This document shows positions 10,801 through 20,714 of a stretch of 64,000 nucleotides of DNA, piece by piece; positions within the stretch are counted from its first letter, which is position 1, and every line of letters begins with the position of its first letter. Below the pieces are notes generated by a model. The model searched no databases and was not told where the DNA came from. It saw nothing but the letters and a program-made list of their open reading frames with translations. This DNA comes from Cyanobacteriota bacterium (GTDB lineage: Bacteria > Cyanobacteriota > Cyanobacteriia > PCC-6307 > Cyanobiaceae): the NCBI GenBank assembly GCA_046052125.1, contig JBJOMY010000001.1, forward strand, positions 640,001 to 704,000, given 5' to 3'. The translations under genes were made by a program, and so were the position numbers.

Positions 10801-11777
10801 AAGCACATTTAATTATTTCTAGACATCCAGAGTGCAGGAATGTAGTCAAGCCTTACATGGGCGGAAGTGAGCTAAACAAGAGCCCAAGCCTGACAAGCGA
10901 TAGGTGGATAATCGACTTCGGTGATTTATCAATGCAAGATGCCATGAAATATGAAGAACCATTTGCCTTGGCTGCCGAACGAGTCAAACCATTTGTTAAA
11001 AGAAAGAACTGGTGGCAGTTTGAGCATCGAGCAAAAGATATATTGCTTCAGATTAGGGAGCATGCGCTTTCCATGGTGTGTGTGGTCGCAGAGACAAGCG
11101 ACACGTTTGCGCCCGTGATCGTAGATTCGAGCAATTGCTTCTCAAATAAAGTGGTCATCTTTACAACTGACGATCACGCAGCCCTAGGCATCTTGCAATC
11201 TCGATTTCACGAATATTGGTGCCGAACAGTTTCTTGCACACTTAAAGATGACCTTACATATGTACCTTCCGTTTGCTACGATACTTTCCCTGTTCCGTTT
11301 ACATGGAACCAGGATGAGCACTTAAGACTTCTAGCCAGCAATTTTGATCAAAAAAGGCTTTCATGCCTTAGAAGCATGGGGATTGGCCTTACATCCTTAT
11401 ATAACAAAATTCACAATCCACGGTGCGGGGACAATCAAGTTGCCGAGCTGCGGATCGCCTTGGATGAGATTGATTATTACCTGGCCTCTTTGTATGGATT
11501 TGATGAGCTAGATCTAAAGATTGGGTTTTACGAGTTTTCCTCTGATGACATGTCAGAAGAGGAAGCAGATAGTGATGAGGATTCGTGTAGTGATTGGCGC
11601 TATGGCTGGTCCGAAAGCTCTATCGATGAAGCTATTTCTATGCTTATGAGCATCAACGAGAGAATTGGCGGGGCAGCTCACAAAGCAAGGGCAAACAGCT
11701 TGGGCGCAAATCTGCAGAAAAAGGAGTCGCGAACAAGCAGAAGTGCTTCAGTTTCTCAACTTTCATTTGATACGTAG
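7824..11777 (+). CDS. drmMI: DISARM N6-adenine DNA methyltransferase DrmMI
   Basis: GSHYTP, CDPAMGSGAFL (SAM binding), YGVDKNP, IIGNPPF (catalytic); overlaps the drmD stop; low-GC C-terminal target-recognition region. Confidence 0.88.
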   Translation: MPPRAPGVHTHEEWKGMAQPVGLVVEPVVLNRLGIFPESATTVLADWQQRLEQLLEDQPVGEQWLSVAPSFELFCQEVLAWQDGDLRKPEELPAPVAVHLDDYDEVLRPDWFVPEPSQGDGALKAQLLVQELPLGAPFDALPKGLDGRRQWEATPQQRLERLLKESEHPIGLLWNGVALRMVYAPRGESSGHLTFPLEPMTTVDGRPMLAALQMLLGPDRLFEGGASNTRLRPLMEQSRKEQNEVSTRLAEQVLEALWILLRGFDAAGLEANDPSHIYGGLITVLLRLVFLLYAEDEELMPTDSLYGQHYSVGGLALRLRQDRADYQNAMEGRRGAWATLLSLFRLVYDGGGSTEAYLPARHGDLFDPDTYPFLEGRTADTSYSDGPLTAVPAISDDVVEQVLTKLLLLDGQILSYRALDVEQIGSVYEGIMGFMVEKATGPSVGITYRPPRQKITITVVVNAEELLAQAEAKRVNWLDERAGVKLKLSAPIVRALKEARSHEDLAAALGNRLSSHTPRVLPAGSLVLQPTAERRRSGSHYTPRALTEPIVAEALRPWLERCNGKPTAEQVLALKLCDPAMGSGAFLVALCRYLAHWLVAAWEDPEGPGYPPEFRKEWDKDLYARRLIAQRCLYGVDKNPFAVNLAKLSLWLVTLSKDLPFTFVDHALKCGDSLVGYSVQEIQAAMKEVQLGFLNQQNEVFTQMSLARRECFAVDSFTDDGYDRKKELLQQQIQASDGLRQAGDLMAAAFFDAPKTKDRADKQQVYLALMSGAFNDDELQDSIQEIRRRLAGGDKGVKPFHWQLEFPEVFCPEQGGFNVIIGNPPFAGSVTLAKSSHVAYPDWLRSRHFGSAGKCDLVAFFFRSAFSLLCRTGALGFITTNTVSQGDTRRSGLFHILQEDGWIYAARKRVPWPGIAAVVVSIVHISKAIRPIPKLNGRQVNRISAYLLPGKIDGSPLYTGGLGQAIKAGLGSKPNGKGFIFSDRGSGFLPVSEAHLIISRHPECRNVVKPYMGGSELNKSPSLTSDRWIIDFGDLSMQDAMKYEEPFALAAERVKPFVKRKNWWQFEHRAKDILLQIREHALSMVCVVAETSDTFAPVIVDSSNCFSNKVVIFTTDDHAALGILQSRFHEYWCRTVSCTLKDDLTYVPSVCYDTFPVPFTWNQDEHLRLLASNFDQKRLSCLRSMGIGLTSLYNKIHNPRCGDNQVAELRIALDEIDYYLASLYGFDELDLKIGFYEFSSDDMSEEEADSDEDSCSDWRYGWSESSIDEAISMLMSINERIGGAAHKARANSLGANLQKKESRTSRSASVSQLSFDT

Positions 11778-11867
11778 TCCTCGATGGTACACATCCATTG
11801 CGGGAGGGGCTTGGGCGATTACAATCGGATCAGTCAACCAGGGCAAGTACAGGGGCTCGCATGGAGC

Positions 11868-12347
11868 ATGGCTAAACCATACACTCTTCATCCAGAGAAT
11901 AGCCCGTGGATCTGCATGTTTTCTCCCGAAACTTGGGAGATATGCAGGAATAACGGATATGCGCACGCTGCATTTACAAAGGCACGGGGCAAAAGTGCCG
12001 GCCGCATAAGGGAAGGCGACATCCTATTCGCATACGTATCTAAGAGGATGGCAATTGCAGGTGCTCTTATCGCAAATAGCGCCTGCGCATTTGATGATGA
12101 ATTCTCTGTTTATGGCCCCCCCGGCCAGTTTCCTTATCGACTTAGCTGCCAGCCATTGGCAATCCTTCCGCTAAACGAAGAGATTAAGCTTGCGGATCAT
12201 TTTCATCGTATATCAATTTTCAGTGGACTAAGGGATGGGCGATATTGGCCTGTTTGCCTTCGAAACAGCCCCAGAGATCTCAGGAGACGAGATTCGGACT
12301 ATTTGTTGTCATTATTTCCCGATTCGTATTTTGAAGCTTATGCTTAG
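11868..12347 (+). CDS. EVE (PUA-like) domain protein
   Basis: W...FSPETWE...RIREGDILFAYVS...IAGAL...FPYR...SPRDL matches the EVE-domain pattern; low GC. Start taken at ATG 11868. Confidence 0.7.
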   Translation: MAKPYTLHPENSPWICMFSPETWEICRNNGYAHAAFTKARGKSAGRIREGDILFAYVSKRMAIAGALIANSACAFDDEFSVYGPPGQFPYRLSCQPLAILPLNEEIKLADHFHRISIFSGLRDGRYWPVCLRNSPRDLRRRDSDYLLSLFPDSYFEAYA

Positions 12348-12629
12348 CTGTGTATCGCTGACTAGCCGTCCCAATTCCAGCAGGCATGGCTTCGCGAGCT
12401 ATGCCAGTGCTGATTCCGCAGAGACCGGTTGTCAACTCATCATGTGCGTACTACAAAGCCATGAACTTCTGAGCGCGAATAATGTGACCAGAATAATACT
12501 CCACCTTACATGTCATCTCTATTGCTACTACGGAATTGTTCATAATGCCCTAGGTCGCTGCTTTTCAAGCCTGAATTGCTTCTTGCGCGCCAGTGAAGAA
12601 TCTCAACGCGATGTCCCCTTATTCTGAAT

Positions 12630-14357
12630 ATGGCCAAAGCAGAGGCCACTGTAGAAGAGCTCGTTAGCAAGATCGAGCGCGGCGAGCTGCGTTTGCCAGA
12701 GATGCAGCGGCGTTATGTCTGGCGATCCAGCAGGGTGCGAGATTTGCTTGATTCCCTGTATCGCGGCTATCCCTCTGGCGCCATCCTGATCTGGGAAACC
12801 GATGAGTTGGTGCCACAGCAGGCCTTTGCGGTTGAGCAGCAATCAAACCCCTACGCCAAGACCCAGCTGCTCCTCGATGGCCAGCAGCGGCTCACCTCCC
12901 TCTCGGCCGTCATCCGCGGCAAACCGGTTCAGGTGAATGGTCGTGTTCGCCCGATCGAGTTGCTCTTCAATCTCGAGCACCCGGAGGCCCTCCCCTTCGT
13001 TACTGAAGTGGATGACAACACCATCGACGCACCCGAGTACAGCGATGACGGGGAAGAGCCGATCGATGAAGAGGCTGATGCCACAGAGGATGAACTGCAG
13101 AAGCGCTTCGACAAGATGACCTTCGTGGTCAGCACCCGCAAGCTCGAACAGCTTCCTCAATGGGTGAAGGTCAGCGAGGTGTTTGCTGGAACGCATGACA
13201 ACAATTACTTCCTCAAGCGAGCTGGCATCACAAGTCTGGATGATCCTCGCGCGGAGATTTATACGCAACGGCTCAACCGCCTCAAGGACATCCGTAAATA
13301 CGTCTACCGGATGGATGTGCTGGAGCGCACCCTCTCCTACGACGAGGTCACCGAAATCTTCGTGCGGGTGAACTCCCTTGGAGCCAAGCTCCGCAGCTCC
13401 GACCTCGCCCTCGCTCAGATCACCGCCAAATGGCGCGGATCCCTGAACGTGTTCCAGGCCTTCCAGGCCGATTGCTCGAAAGATGGATTTGAGCTCGACC
13501 TGGGCCTGCACCTCAAAAACCTGGTCGCCCATGCCACGGGTCAGTCCCGCTTCCTCACCGTTTCCAACCTCACCCTGGATGAGTTGAAGAGCGGCTGGGA
13601 CGACGGTTGCCGGGGCATGGAATTCGCGATCAATTTCCTGCGCAGCAATGCCGGCATCACCAGCCCCGCACTTCTGGCCTCGCCATTCCTGCTGATCAGC
13701 TTGGGCTTCTATGGCGCCCAGCGCTCCTACAAGCTCTCGGCCGGGGAAGAGAAAGGCCTACGCCGTTGGGTGTTGCTCGCCAATGCCAAGGGCCGCTACA
13801 GCCGGGGCTCCAGCGAAACCCTCCTCGATCAAGACCTCAAGATCCTCCGCGATGGCGGCGGCTTCCAGGAGCTGCTGGATCGGCTTCGCACCCAGGTGGG
13901 TCGATTGGATGTCACCCCAGAGGAGCTGGAAGGCCGCAATCAGCGCAGCGCCCTGTTCAAGACAATGTTCCTGGCCTTTCGAGCTGCCGACGCCCGCGAT
14001 TGGCACTCCAACCTGGTCATCGCTCTCAGCCATGTGGGCAATGCCCACCAGTTGCAGTTTCACCACATCTTCCCCAAAGCCGTTCTCAAGAGCACAGCCA
14101 CCACCCGGGAGACCGACGACATTGCCAACCTTGCCTTCATCAGCGGCAAGGCCAACCGCAAGATCAGTGCCAAGGAACCTGCCGCCTACTTCCCTGAGGT
14201 ACGAGAGGCCAATGGGGAGCAGCCCTTCAAGAGCCAGTGCATCCCCACCGACCCGGATCTCCTCACTGTTGAGCGCTACAAGGCGTTCCTGGCGGAGCGG
14301 CGGCGATTGATCGCTGAGCGGCTGAACGAATTTCTCGGCAGCGGGCAGGAGGCGTAA
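12630..14357 (+). CDS. DUF262 + DUF1524/HNH-like protein (GmrSD-family, candidate type IV restriction enzyme)
   Basis: LPEMQRRYVW, LLDGQQRLTSL and FVRVNSLG (DUF262); C-terminal HHIFP...IANLAFI...NRKI (HNH-like). Confidence 0.85.
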   Translation: MAKAEATVEELVSKIERGELRLPEMQRRYVWRSSRVRDLLDSLYRGYPSGAILIWETDELVPQQAFAVEQQSNPYAKTQLLLDGQQRLTSLSAVIRGKPVQVNGRVRPIELLFNLEHPEALPFVTEVDDNTIDAPEYSDDGEEPIDEEADATEDELQKRFDKMTFVVSTRKLEQLPQWVKVSEVFAGTHDNNYFLKRAGITSLDDPRAEIYTQRLNRLKDIRKYVYRMDVLERTLSYDEVTEIFVRVNSLGAKLRSSDLALAQITAKWRGSLNVFQAFQADCSKDGFELDLGLHLKNLVAHATGQSRFLTVSNLTLDELKSGWDDGCRGMEFAINFLRSNAGITSPALLASPFLLISLGFYGAQRSYKLSAGEEKGLRRWVLLANAKGRYSRGSSETLLDQDLKILRDGGGFQELLDRLRTQVGRLDVTPEELEGRNQRSALFKTMFLAFRAADARDWHSNLVIALSHVGNAHQLQFHHIFPKAVLKSTATTRETDDIANLAFISGKANRKISAKEPAAYFPEVREANGEQPFKSQCIPTDPDLLTVERYKAFLAERRRLIAERLNEFLGSGQEA

Positions 14358-14362
14358 CAGCC

Positions 14363-17300
14363 ATGGAGTCCAATCCGTCCCCTCTCATCCAGGATGAGTC
14401 CTCACCAGAGGGCCACCCCCTGACCTCCAACGCCACAAGCGCTGCCGTCCGTGACCAGCTGATTCGGGCCCTGGAGCTCGACCTTGTGGGGCCCACCCCC
14501 GCCCTGCTGGCGGAGCTGGATGCCGAAGGACGAGGCGAGGAGGCATCTGAGCTTCGAGAAGAGCTGCTCGATCGCCCCCCCAACCGCTGGTACCAGACCG
14601 GTTTCCTGATCCCCAGCGAAACCAGCCTCGGAGATCGCGCTGACGATGCAGCCGACGACGAGTTCGCCGGCCTCGATGGCCAGAACCTGTCGCCCAAGCG
14701 CAAGAGCAACGCCAGCGGTGATGACACCGGCGCCAGTGAAGCCGGGCCGGCGCGGCGGGTTTTCTTCACCTGCTCCGTTGGCTTGAGCCTTCTCATCCCG
14801 CCAGCCACCGGGCTGGAGGTCACCGTGCATTGGGCCGTCTACAAGCCCACCGCTCCGCCAGAAGACAGCAAGGCCGACGAGGCCTGGTTGCGCGAACCCC
14901 ACTCCGAGCCACTCAGCCTCCCGGCAGAGCTGTTTGATCCGAACGGCCGATCAGCCCAGTCCAAGGAGGTGCCCGGCAGCGATGGCCTGCTGCTCCGCTG
15001 GCACCTGAGACCTGCCCCTGCAGATCAGGGCTACCCCCCTGGAGCCGTGGCCGTGAGCCTGTTCCTCACCAACGAACGCAGCTTTGAGGGTCGCAGCGCG
15101 GAAGACCGCGACCGCGCCAGTGCCTACCAGGTGCAGCTGGATGTGGCCTGCAGCGCCGGCTTCCTGGAACGCCGCGACCCCCGCGCCGCTGATCTGGCGA
15201 TCAACGCCAACGATTGGGACCATCGCGTTAACAATCTCCACTACCGGGGTGACCACGAATTCGCGGTGGGCCACAACATCTCTGTGGCACCACGGATAGA
15301 CGCCAACGGTGCTTGCCACCGGATCAGCACCACCTGGCTGCCCCAGGCCACCGTGGAGAAGGTGCTGCCGAGGGTTGGGGAGCTGGAAGCAGCCGGCCTG
15401 GCGCTCTCGATGCCGGATCTGGATCGCCTTGCCGGCGAAGGGGCTGGCCCCGTTCAGACGGCATTGCGTCCTCTTGTGAAGGCCTACACGGACTGGATCG
15501 AGAAGCAGGGCGCTGCCGCGGCCAAGGCCAGCCCGCAGCAACAGGCCACGGCCACGGAGCTCCTGCAGGAAGCCACCAAGCAGGCCCGGCGGATCGAGCG
15601 TGGCATTGAAGCGCTGGAGAACGAGCAGGTGCGGCTGGCCTTTGCGATCGCCAACCGCGTGATGGCCGCCGCTGCACGTCAGCGATTTGGGGTGATGCGG
15701 AACCAAAACCCCGACGCCGTGAAGCCCCAATGGCGGCCATTCCAGCTCGCCTTTGTGTTGATGAACCTTGTGGGGATGGCCGAGCCCACCGATGCCGACC
15801 GCGACACCATCGACCTGCTGTTCTTTCCCACCGGCGGCGGCAAGACCGAGGCCTACCTGGGTCTGGCGGCCTACACCCTGGTTCTGCGCCGGCTGCGCCA
15901 TGGGGGGTCGATCGAGTCGGCCGGCATGAGCGTGCTGATGCGCTACACCCTGCGCCTACTCACCCTCGATCAGCTCGGCCGCGCCTCCACCTTGATCTGC
16001 GCCCTCGAGCTAGAGCGCCGCAAGGATCCCAAGCTGCTCGGCCAGTGGCCATTCGAGATCGGCCTGTGGGTGGGGCAGAGCGGCACCCCCAACAAACTGG
16101 GTCACAAAGGCGATGGCGACGACAACAGTGCCCGCTCCCGCGTGCTGGCCTGGAGTGGCGGCGACAACAAGCCGATTCCGATCGACAACTGCCCTTGGTG
16201 CGGCACCGAGCTGGGCAAAGCATCCCTGCACGACGATCGCCCAGCGGTGGCCCGCGGGGTGTTCCGCCTGCTCCCCGATGCGGATCAGCCCAAGGAGCTC
16301 AGGGTCTGCTGCCGCAACCGAGCGTGCCGCTTCTCAGGCGACAGCACCCTGCCGCTGGTGGCTGTCGACGAGATGCTCTACCAACGCCTGCCGGCCTTCG
16401 TGATCGCCACGGTCGACAAGTTCGCCGCCCTGCCATGGGTGGGAGCCACCGGAAAATTGTTCGGCCGCGTCTCCCATGCCCAGCCAGGCAAGGGCTTCTT
16501 TGGTCCCAGTGATGGAACCGAGCAGGCCGGAGCACCGCTGCCCCATGGCCTGGAACCCCCCGATCTGATCATCCAGGACGAACTGCACCTCATCTCCGGC
16601 CCACTCGGCTCGATGGGCGGTCTCTATGAAGCCGTGATCGATGAACTCTGCGCCCGCCAGGTGGAGACATCCGCTGGTGTGCAGACCGTGCGGCCCAAGA
16701 TCGTGGCCTCCACCGCCACGGTGCGTCGCGCCAGCCAGCAGATGCAGGCTCTGTTCGGCCGGTGCAGCCCACCGGCCGTCTTCCCGGCCCCGGGCCCCGA
16801 TCGGCGCGATTCCTTTTTCTCCTACACCGCCTCAGTGTCAGAAGCGCAAGGGAGGATCTACGTCGGCGTGTCAGCACCGGGTCGCAACATCAAGGCCTTG
16901 CTTCTGCGGGTGGGACTGGCCTTGATGAGCACGGCCCAGAAGCTCTACGCCCAGGCCGAAAAGGAACGGAAGGCCCGCGAGAAACGAGGCGAAGACAAGG
17001 GACCCAACCCGGTTGACCCCTACATGACCTTTCTGGGTTACTTCAACACCATCAAGGAACTCGGGATCACACGCCGCCTGCTGGAAGAAGAAGTCACCTC
17101 CCTGCTCACCACCTACGACCAGCGCCGTCGTCTCAACGAAAGCAGCACTCGCTACGCCCGCCGCAAGATCGCCAATGAACCCCTCGAGCTCACCTCACGG
17201 GTGCCCACCTCAGAAGTGAGCACGACCAAGGCCCGCCTCGAACTCAGCTTCGACAACGAGAAGCAACGGGTCGATACGGCTCTGGCCACCAACATGATCT

Positions 17301-17980
17301 CGGTCGGTCTCGACATCAGCCGCCTCGGCCTGATGGTGATGCTGGGCCAGCCCAAGACCACAGCCGAATACATCCAGGCCAGCAGCCGCGTCGGCCGCGA
17401 CGACCAGCGCCCTGGCCTGGTGGTGGTGCTGCTCAACCCCAACCGACCGCGCGACCGCTCCCACTACGAGCGCTTCAGCTTCTGGCACTCGGTTTTCTAC
17501 CGCGATGTGGAAGCCACCAGCGTCACCCCTTGGTCGTCCAGAGCCCTGCAGCGGGGGCTGCCGGCCATCACCGTGGCCCTCGCCCGGCACCTCAGCCCCG
17601 CGCTCAGCTGGGCCAAGGATGCAGGAAACGCTGAGGCGATCGATGCCATTCAGGCGGAGGTTGCCCAACGGCTCGGTGATCGGGCCCGCCGCTCCGCCCC
17701 CAGCAAGGCGCTCAGCGAACACACCGAGGCCGAGGTGCGCCAGCGGGCCATGAACCTGCTCGACAAGTGGATCCGCATTGCCCGCGACAATGGCGGCCTC
17801 CTTCAGTACGGCCGTGAGGCGGGTGAAGTGGCCCCCCTTCTCCATACCCCGCTGGACCCCGATCTCAAGGAGCTCAAGGCCATGGAGCAGGAGTTCCTGG
17901 CCAACTGGAGCCTGCGCGATGTGGAGCCCAGCGCCGCGCTGATCCGCCAACGCCCCGATGGCGATGGGGAGGTGAGCTGA
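14363..17980 (+). CDS. drmA: DISARM helicase DrmA
   Basis: WRPFQLAF, FFPTGGGKTEAYLG, RYTLRLLT, IIQDELHLISGPLG, ATNMISVGLDI, EYIQASSRVGR. Confidence 0.92.
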   Translation: MESNPSPLIQDESSPEGHPLTSNATSAAVRDQLIRALELDLVGPTPALLAELDAEGRGEEASELREELLDRPPNRWYQTGFLIPSETSLGDRADDAADDEFAGLDGQNLSPKRKSNASGDDTGASEAGPARRVFFTCSVGLSLLIPPATGLEVTVHWAVYKPTAPPEDSKADEAWLREPHSEPLSLPAELFDPNGRSAQSKEVPGSDGLLLRWHLRPAPADQGYPPGAVAVSLFLTNERSFEGRSAEDRDRASAYQVQLDVACSAGFLERRDPRAADLAINANDWDHRVNNLHYRGDHEFAVGHNISVAPRIDANGACHRISTTWLPQATVEKVLPRVGELEAAGLALSMPDLDRLAGEGAGPVQTALRPLVKAYTDWIEKQGAAAAKASPQQQATATELLQEATKQARRIERGIEALENEQVRLAFAIANRVMAAAARQRFGVMRNQNPDAVKPQWRPFQLAFVLMNLVGMAEPTDADRDTIDLLFFPTGGGKTEAYLGLAAYTLVLRRLRHGGSIESAGMSVLMRYTLRLLTLDQLGRASTLICALELERRKDPKLLGQWPFEIGLWVGQSGTPNKLGHKGDGDDNSARSRVLAWSGGDNKPIPIDNCPWCGTELGKASLHDDRPAVARGVFRLLPDADQPKELRVCCRNRACRFSGDSTLPLVAVDEMLYQRLPAFVIATVDKFAALPWVGATGKLFGRVSHAQPGKGFFGPSDGTEQAGAPLPHGLEPPDLIIQDELHLISGPLGSMGGLYEAVIDELCARQVETSAGVQTVRPKIVASTATVRRASQQMQALFGRCSPPAVFPAPGPDRRDSFFSYTASVSEAQGRIYVGVSAPGRNIKALLLRVGLALMSTAQKLYAQAEKERKAREKRGEDKGPNPVDPYMTFLGYFNTIKELGITRRLLEEEVTSLLTTYDQRRRLNESSTRYARRKIANEPLELTSRVPTSEVSTTKARLELSFDNEKQRVDTALATNMISVGLDISRLGLMVMLGQPKTTAEYIQASSRVGRDDQRPGLVVVLLNPNRPRDRSHYERFSFWHSVFYRDVEATSVTPWSSRALQRGLPAITVALARHLSPALSWAKDAGNAEAIDAIQAEVAQRLGDRARRSAPSKALSEHTEAEVRQRAMNLLDKWIRIARDNGGLLQYGREAGEVAPLLHTPLDPDLKELKAMEQEFLANWSLRDVEPSAALIRQRPDGDGEVS

Positions 17981-19902
17981 TGCCGCGTCAGCAGACCAGC
18001 CGTCCCCAGGGCGAGGTGCGTCACAGCCAGCTGATCACCACCTATGGCCCAGGCGCCATGGTGGATTTGCCCGATTGCTCCGTTGTGATCGGTGGCCTCA
18101 ACTTCTGGATGTATGGCCCCGATCAGCCCCCCGAGGAGATTGATGAACCGCGCCTGATTGCCAAGCTGCGCCAGAGCCTCAATGTCGGCTCCCTGCGCTT
18201 GCGCAAACCCCCTATGCATGACGTTGGGCCCGGGGGCCAGAGCCGTCCCGGCGGCATCCGCAGTCCTGAGTTCCCCAACTGGTTCGTGGCCCAGCTGGAT
18301 CGAACAGAGACCTTTGAGGGCAAGACCTATCGCAGCCGGCCGCTGGTGGAGGGCGCCCGCCTCGACAAGCGCAAGTACGTCGATGCGGATCGGAAGGCAC
18401 ATCGCGTCGTACCGGTGCGCTTCGTGCAGAGCTGCCCCAACGGCCATCTCAGTGACATCGACTGGCGTGAATTCGTGCATCGCGGCAAAACCACCTGCCG
18501 GGCCACGCTTTGGCTCGATGAGGCCGGGGCTGGCAACGACTTCACCGAGATCTTTGTGCGCTGCTCCAATCCAACGTGCATGGAGAAGCACGGGCGCCGG
18601 CAGCTGTCGGAGGCCAAGCAAAAACTCAAGGGCGACGATGACGAAAGGCCCGCGCTCGGTTTCTGCCAGGGGCATCGGCCCTGGCTGGGACCGTTCGGCC
18701 AGGAATTCTGCGACAACGGCAAAGGCAAGGGCGGCAGTTATGCCAATCGCCTGCTGGTGCGGTCTGCCAGCAACGCCTACTTTCCCGAGCTGATCTCGGC
18801 GATCTCCATCCCCGAGCCGATCGACGCTGTGCGGGAGGTGATCAGCAATCATCTCAAGGCCTTTGAGAAGATCACCAGCCCCGCCAAACTCGAAGTCTGG
18901 CTGGAGGACTACGCTCCCGACCACATCAAGGATCCTCTCGCTGGTACAGCGCCTGCTGAGATCTTCGAGGCTCTCGAAGCCATCCGTGGTGGTGAGGCTG
19001 CTCCCGAGAAGACCGAGGCCCTCAAGCGACAGGAACTTCGGGCCTTGGTCGGCCCCATCGATGGGCTTCAGCGCGGCAGGGGCAGCAGCCGCTTCGAAGC
19101 CGAAAATCTGGATCTATCGGCCAAGCCAGCCTGGTTTAAGCAGCGCGTCAACCGGGTGTTGAAGGTTCACCAGCTGAGAGAAGTGATGGCCCTGCTCGGC
19201 TTCACCCGTCTGGAGCCCGTGGTGAGCCAGATTGATGGTGATCCCCTGGATCTGGGCGTGAAACGCGCCAAGATCGATGTAAAGGAAGAAACCTGGCTGC
19301 CGGCCGTGGAAAATCTCGGGGAAGGCATCTTCCTCAGCTTTGATCCAGACGCGATCCGCACCTGGATCAAGAGCGCTGGAGCTGCGCAACAGCTCTCCAA
19401 ACACCGTGACGCCTTCAAGATCTGGAACAAGGAGCACGGGCTCACGGAGGACAAGTTTCAGTGGCCTGGCGGCGCCTACGTGATGCTGCACAGCCTTGCC
19501 CATCTGCTGATCACCGAAGCGGCTCTGGATTGTGGGTATGGGGCCTCAGCGATCAAGGAGCGGATCTACGCCTTCGATGACATTGGCTACGGCATCCTTC
19601 TCTACACCGGAGGCAGTGGATCCGAGGGTTCACTCGGAGGACTGGTGGGCCTGGCTGATCGCATCGATGACCTGCTGGCGATGGCGCTCGAGCGAGCCGC
19701 CCTGTGCTCCAACGACCCCTTCTGCGCCAGCCATGACCCCAACAGCGAATTGGAGAAGCGTTATGCGCATGGCGCCGCCTGTCATGGCTGTCTGCTGATC
19801 GCCGAAACCAGCTGTGAACGCCGCAATGAGTTTCTCGATCGAGCCCTCGTCGTGCCCACCCTGATTCAACGCGATGCGGCCTTCTTCACCGATGGGCCCT
19901 GA
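17980..19902 (+). CDS. drmB: DISARM DUF1998 protein DrmB
   Basis: SQLITTYGPGAM N-terminus; LHSLAHLLI...GSLGGL...CSNDPFC...ACHGC...ETSCE C-terminal DUF1998 cysteines; coupled to drmA. Confidence 0.92.
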   Translation: MPRQQTSRPQGEVRHSQLITTYGPGAMVDLPDCSVVIGGLNFWMYGPDQPPEEIDEPRLIAKLRQSLNVGSLRLRKPPMHDVGPGGQSRPGGIRSPEFPNWFVAQLDRTETFEGKTYRSRPLVEGARLDKRKYVDADRKAHRVVPVRFVQSCPNGHLSDIDWREFVHRGKTTCRATLWLDEAGAGNDFTEIFVRCSNPTCMEKHGRRQLSEAKQKLKGDDDERPALGFCQGHRPWLGPFGQEFCDNGKGKGGSYANRLLVRSASNAYFPELISAISIPEPIDAVREVISNHLKAFEKITSPAKLEVWLEDYAPDHIKDPLAGTAPAEIFEALEAIRGGEAAPEKTEALKRQELRALVGPIDGLQRGRGSSRFEAENLDLSAKPAWFKQRVNRVLKVHQLREVMALLGFTRLEPVVSQIDGDPLDLGVKRAKIDVKEETWLPAVENLGEGIFLSFDPDAIRTWIKSAGAAQQLSKHRDAFKIWNKEHGLTEDKFQWPGGAYVMLHSLAHLLITEAALDCGYGASAIKERIYAFDDIGYGILLYTGGSGSEGSLGGLVGLADRIDDLLAMALERAALCSNDPFCASHDPNSELEKRYAHGAACHGCLLIAETSCERRNEFLDRALVVPTLIQRDAAFFTDGP

Positions 19903-20714
19903 TGGCAGCGCCCTTCCCCAAGCTGAGCACCGCGGAACTGGAAACCCTGCTGGCGGCACTGGAGTCCCAGCACGGCGGTACCGGCTTTCTCGCCGACAGC
20001 CTCGCTGATCCACCGGCTTTCCTGGCCAGGATTGGTCTGAATGCTGGCCCCGTTTCACTGGTCGCCTGGCTGGAGCGTTGGTGCGCTGCAGGCGGCAGTC
20101 AGGAGGCTTTACGCATGACCGTTCAAGCTCTGTTGGATCAGCGAAGTCGTGAAGCGCTCGCTCACTCCATCGAACTGGTGTGGTCGGGCCCCGATGCCGG
20201 AGCAGGCGCGATCACCCGCGATCAGTCAGTGCTGATTCGTCAGTTGGTGGAACGTGCCGAACAGCGCCTGTTGCTCACCACCTACGCCTTCTACAAGGGG
20301 CCGTTCATCAAAGCGTTGTTCGAGCTGATCCGCGAGCGCATGGTCGCGTTCCCAACATTGCAAGTTTGCATGGTCTGCAACATTCAGCGTGATCGCGGAG
20401 ACACCTCCTCTCCCGAGGCCTTGATCCGCAAGTTTCAGCAACAAACCTGGTCCCGCCTTTGGCCCGAATCTCCAGCACCTTCCTTGTTCTTTGATCCCCG
20501 ATCCCTCTCTCTTGAAAGAGAGAAGGCTGTCTGTCACGTCAAAGCGGTGGTGGCCGATCAAGAGGTGCTTGTGACCAGCGCCAACCTCACCGATGCCGCC
20601 CAGCTCTCCAACTTCGAGCTTGGCCTCCATCTCAGAAGTTCTGCCCATGCCGATGACGTCTGGGACCATTTTGATCGCCTGATTCAACAGGGCCTCTTGC
20701 AACGCGTTGGTTGA
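19902..20714 (+). CDS. drmC: DISARM phospholipase D-family nuclease DrmC
   Basis: ELVWSGP, HVKAVVAD (HxKxxxxD), TSANLT...NFELG; last gene of the operon. Confidence 0.9.
   Translation: MAAPFPKLSTAELETLLAALESQHGGTGFLADSLADPPAFLARIGLNAGPVSLVAWLERWCAAGGSQEALRMTVQALLDQRSREALAHSIELVWSGPDAGAGAITRDQSVLIRQLVERAEQRLLLTTYAFYKGPFIKALFELIRERMVAFPTLQVCMVCNIQRDRGDTSSPEALIRKFQQQTWSRLWPESPAPSLFFDPRSLSLEREKAVCHVKAVVADQEVLVTSANLTDAAQLSNFELGLHLRSSAHADDVWDHFDRLIQQGLLQRVG

Noticed and set aside
7824..11777. BREX PglX assignment for the methyltransferase
   Set aside because: The neighbours are DrmD/A/B/C; no brxC or pglZ is present
12235..12627. 130-aa ORF between the EVE and DUF262 genes
   Set aside because: Overlaps the EVE gene, has atypical composition and no motif; more likely intergenic
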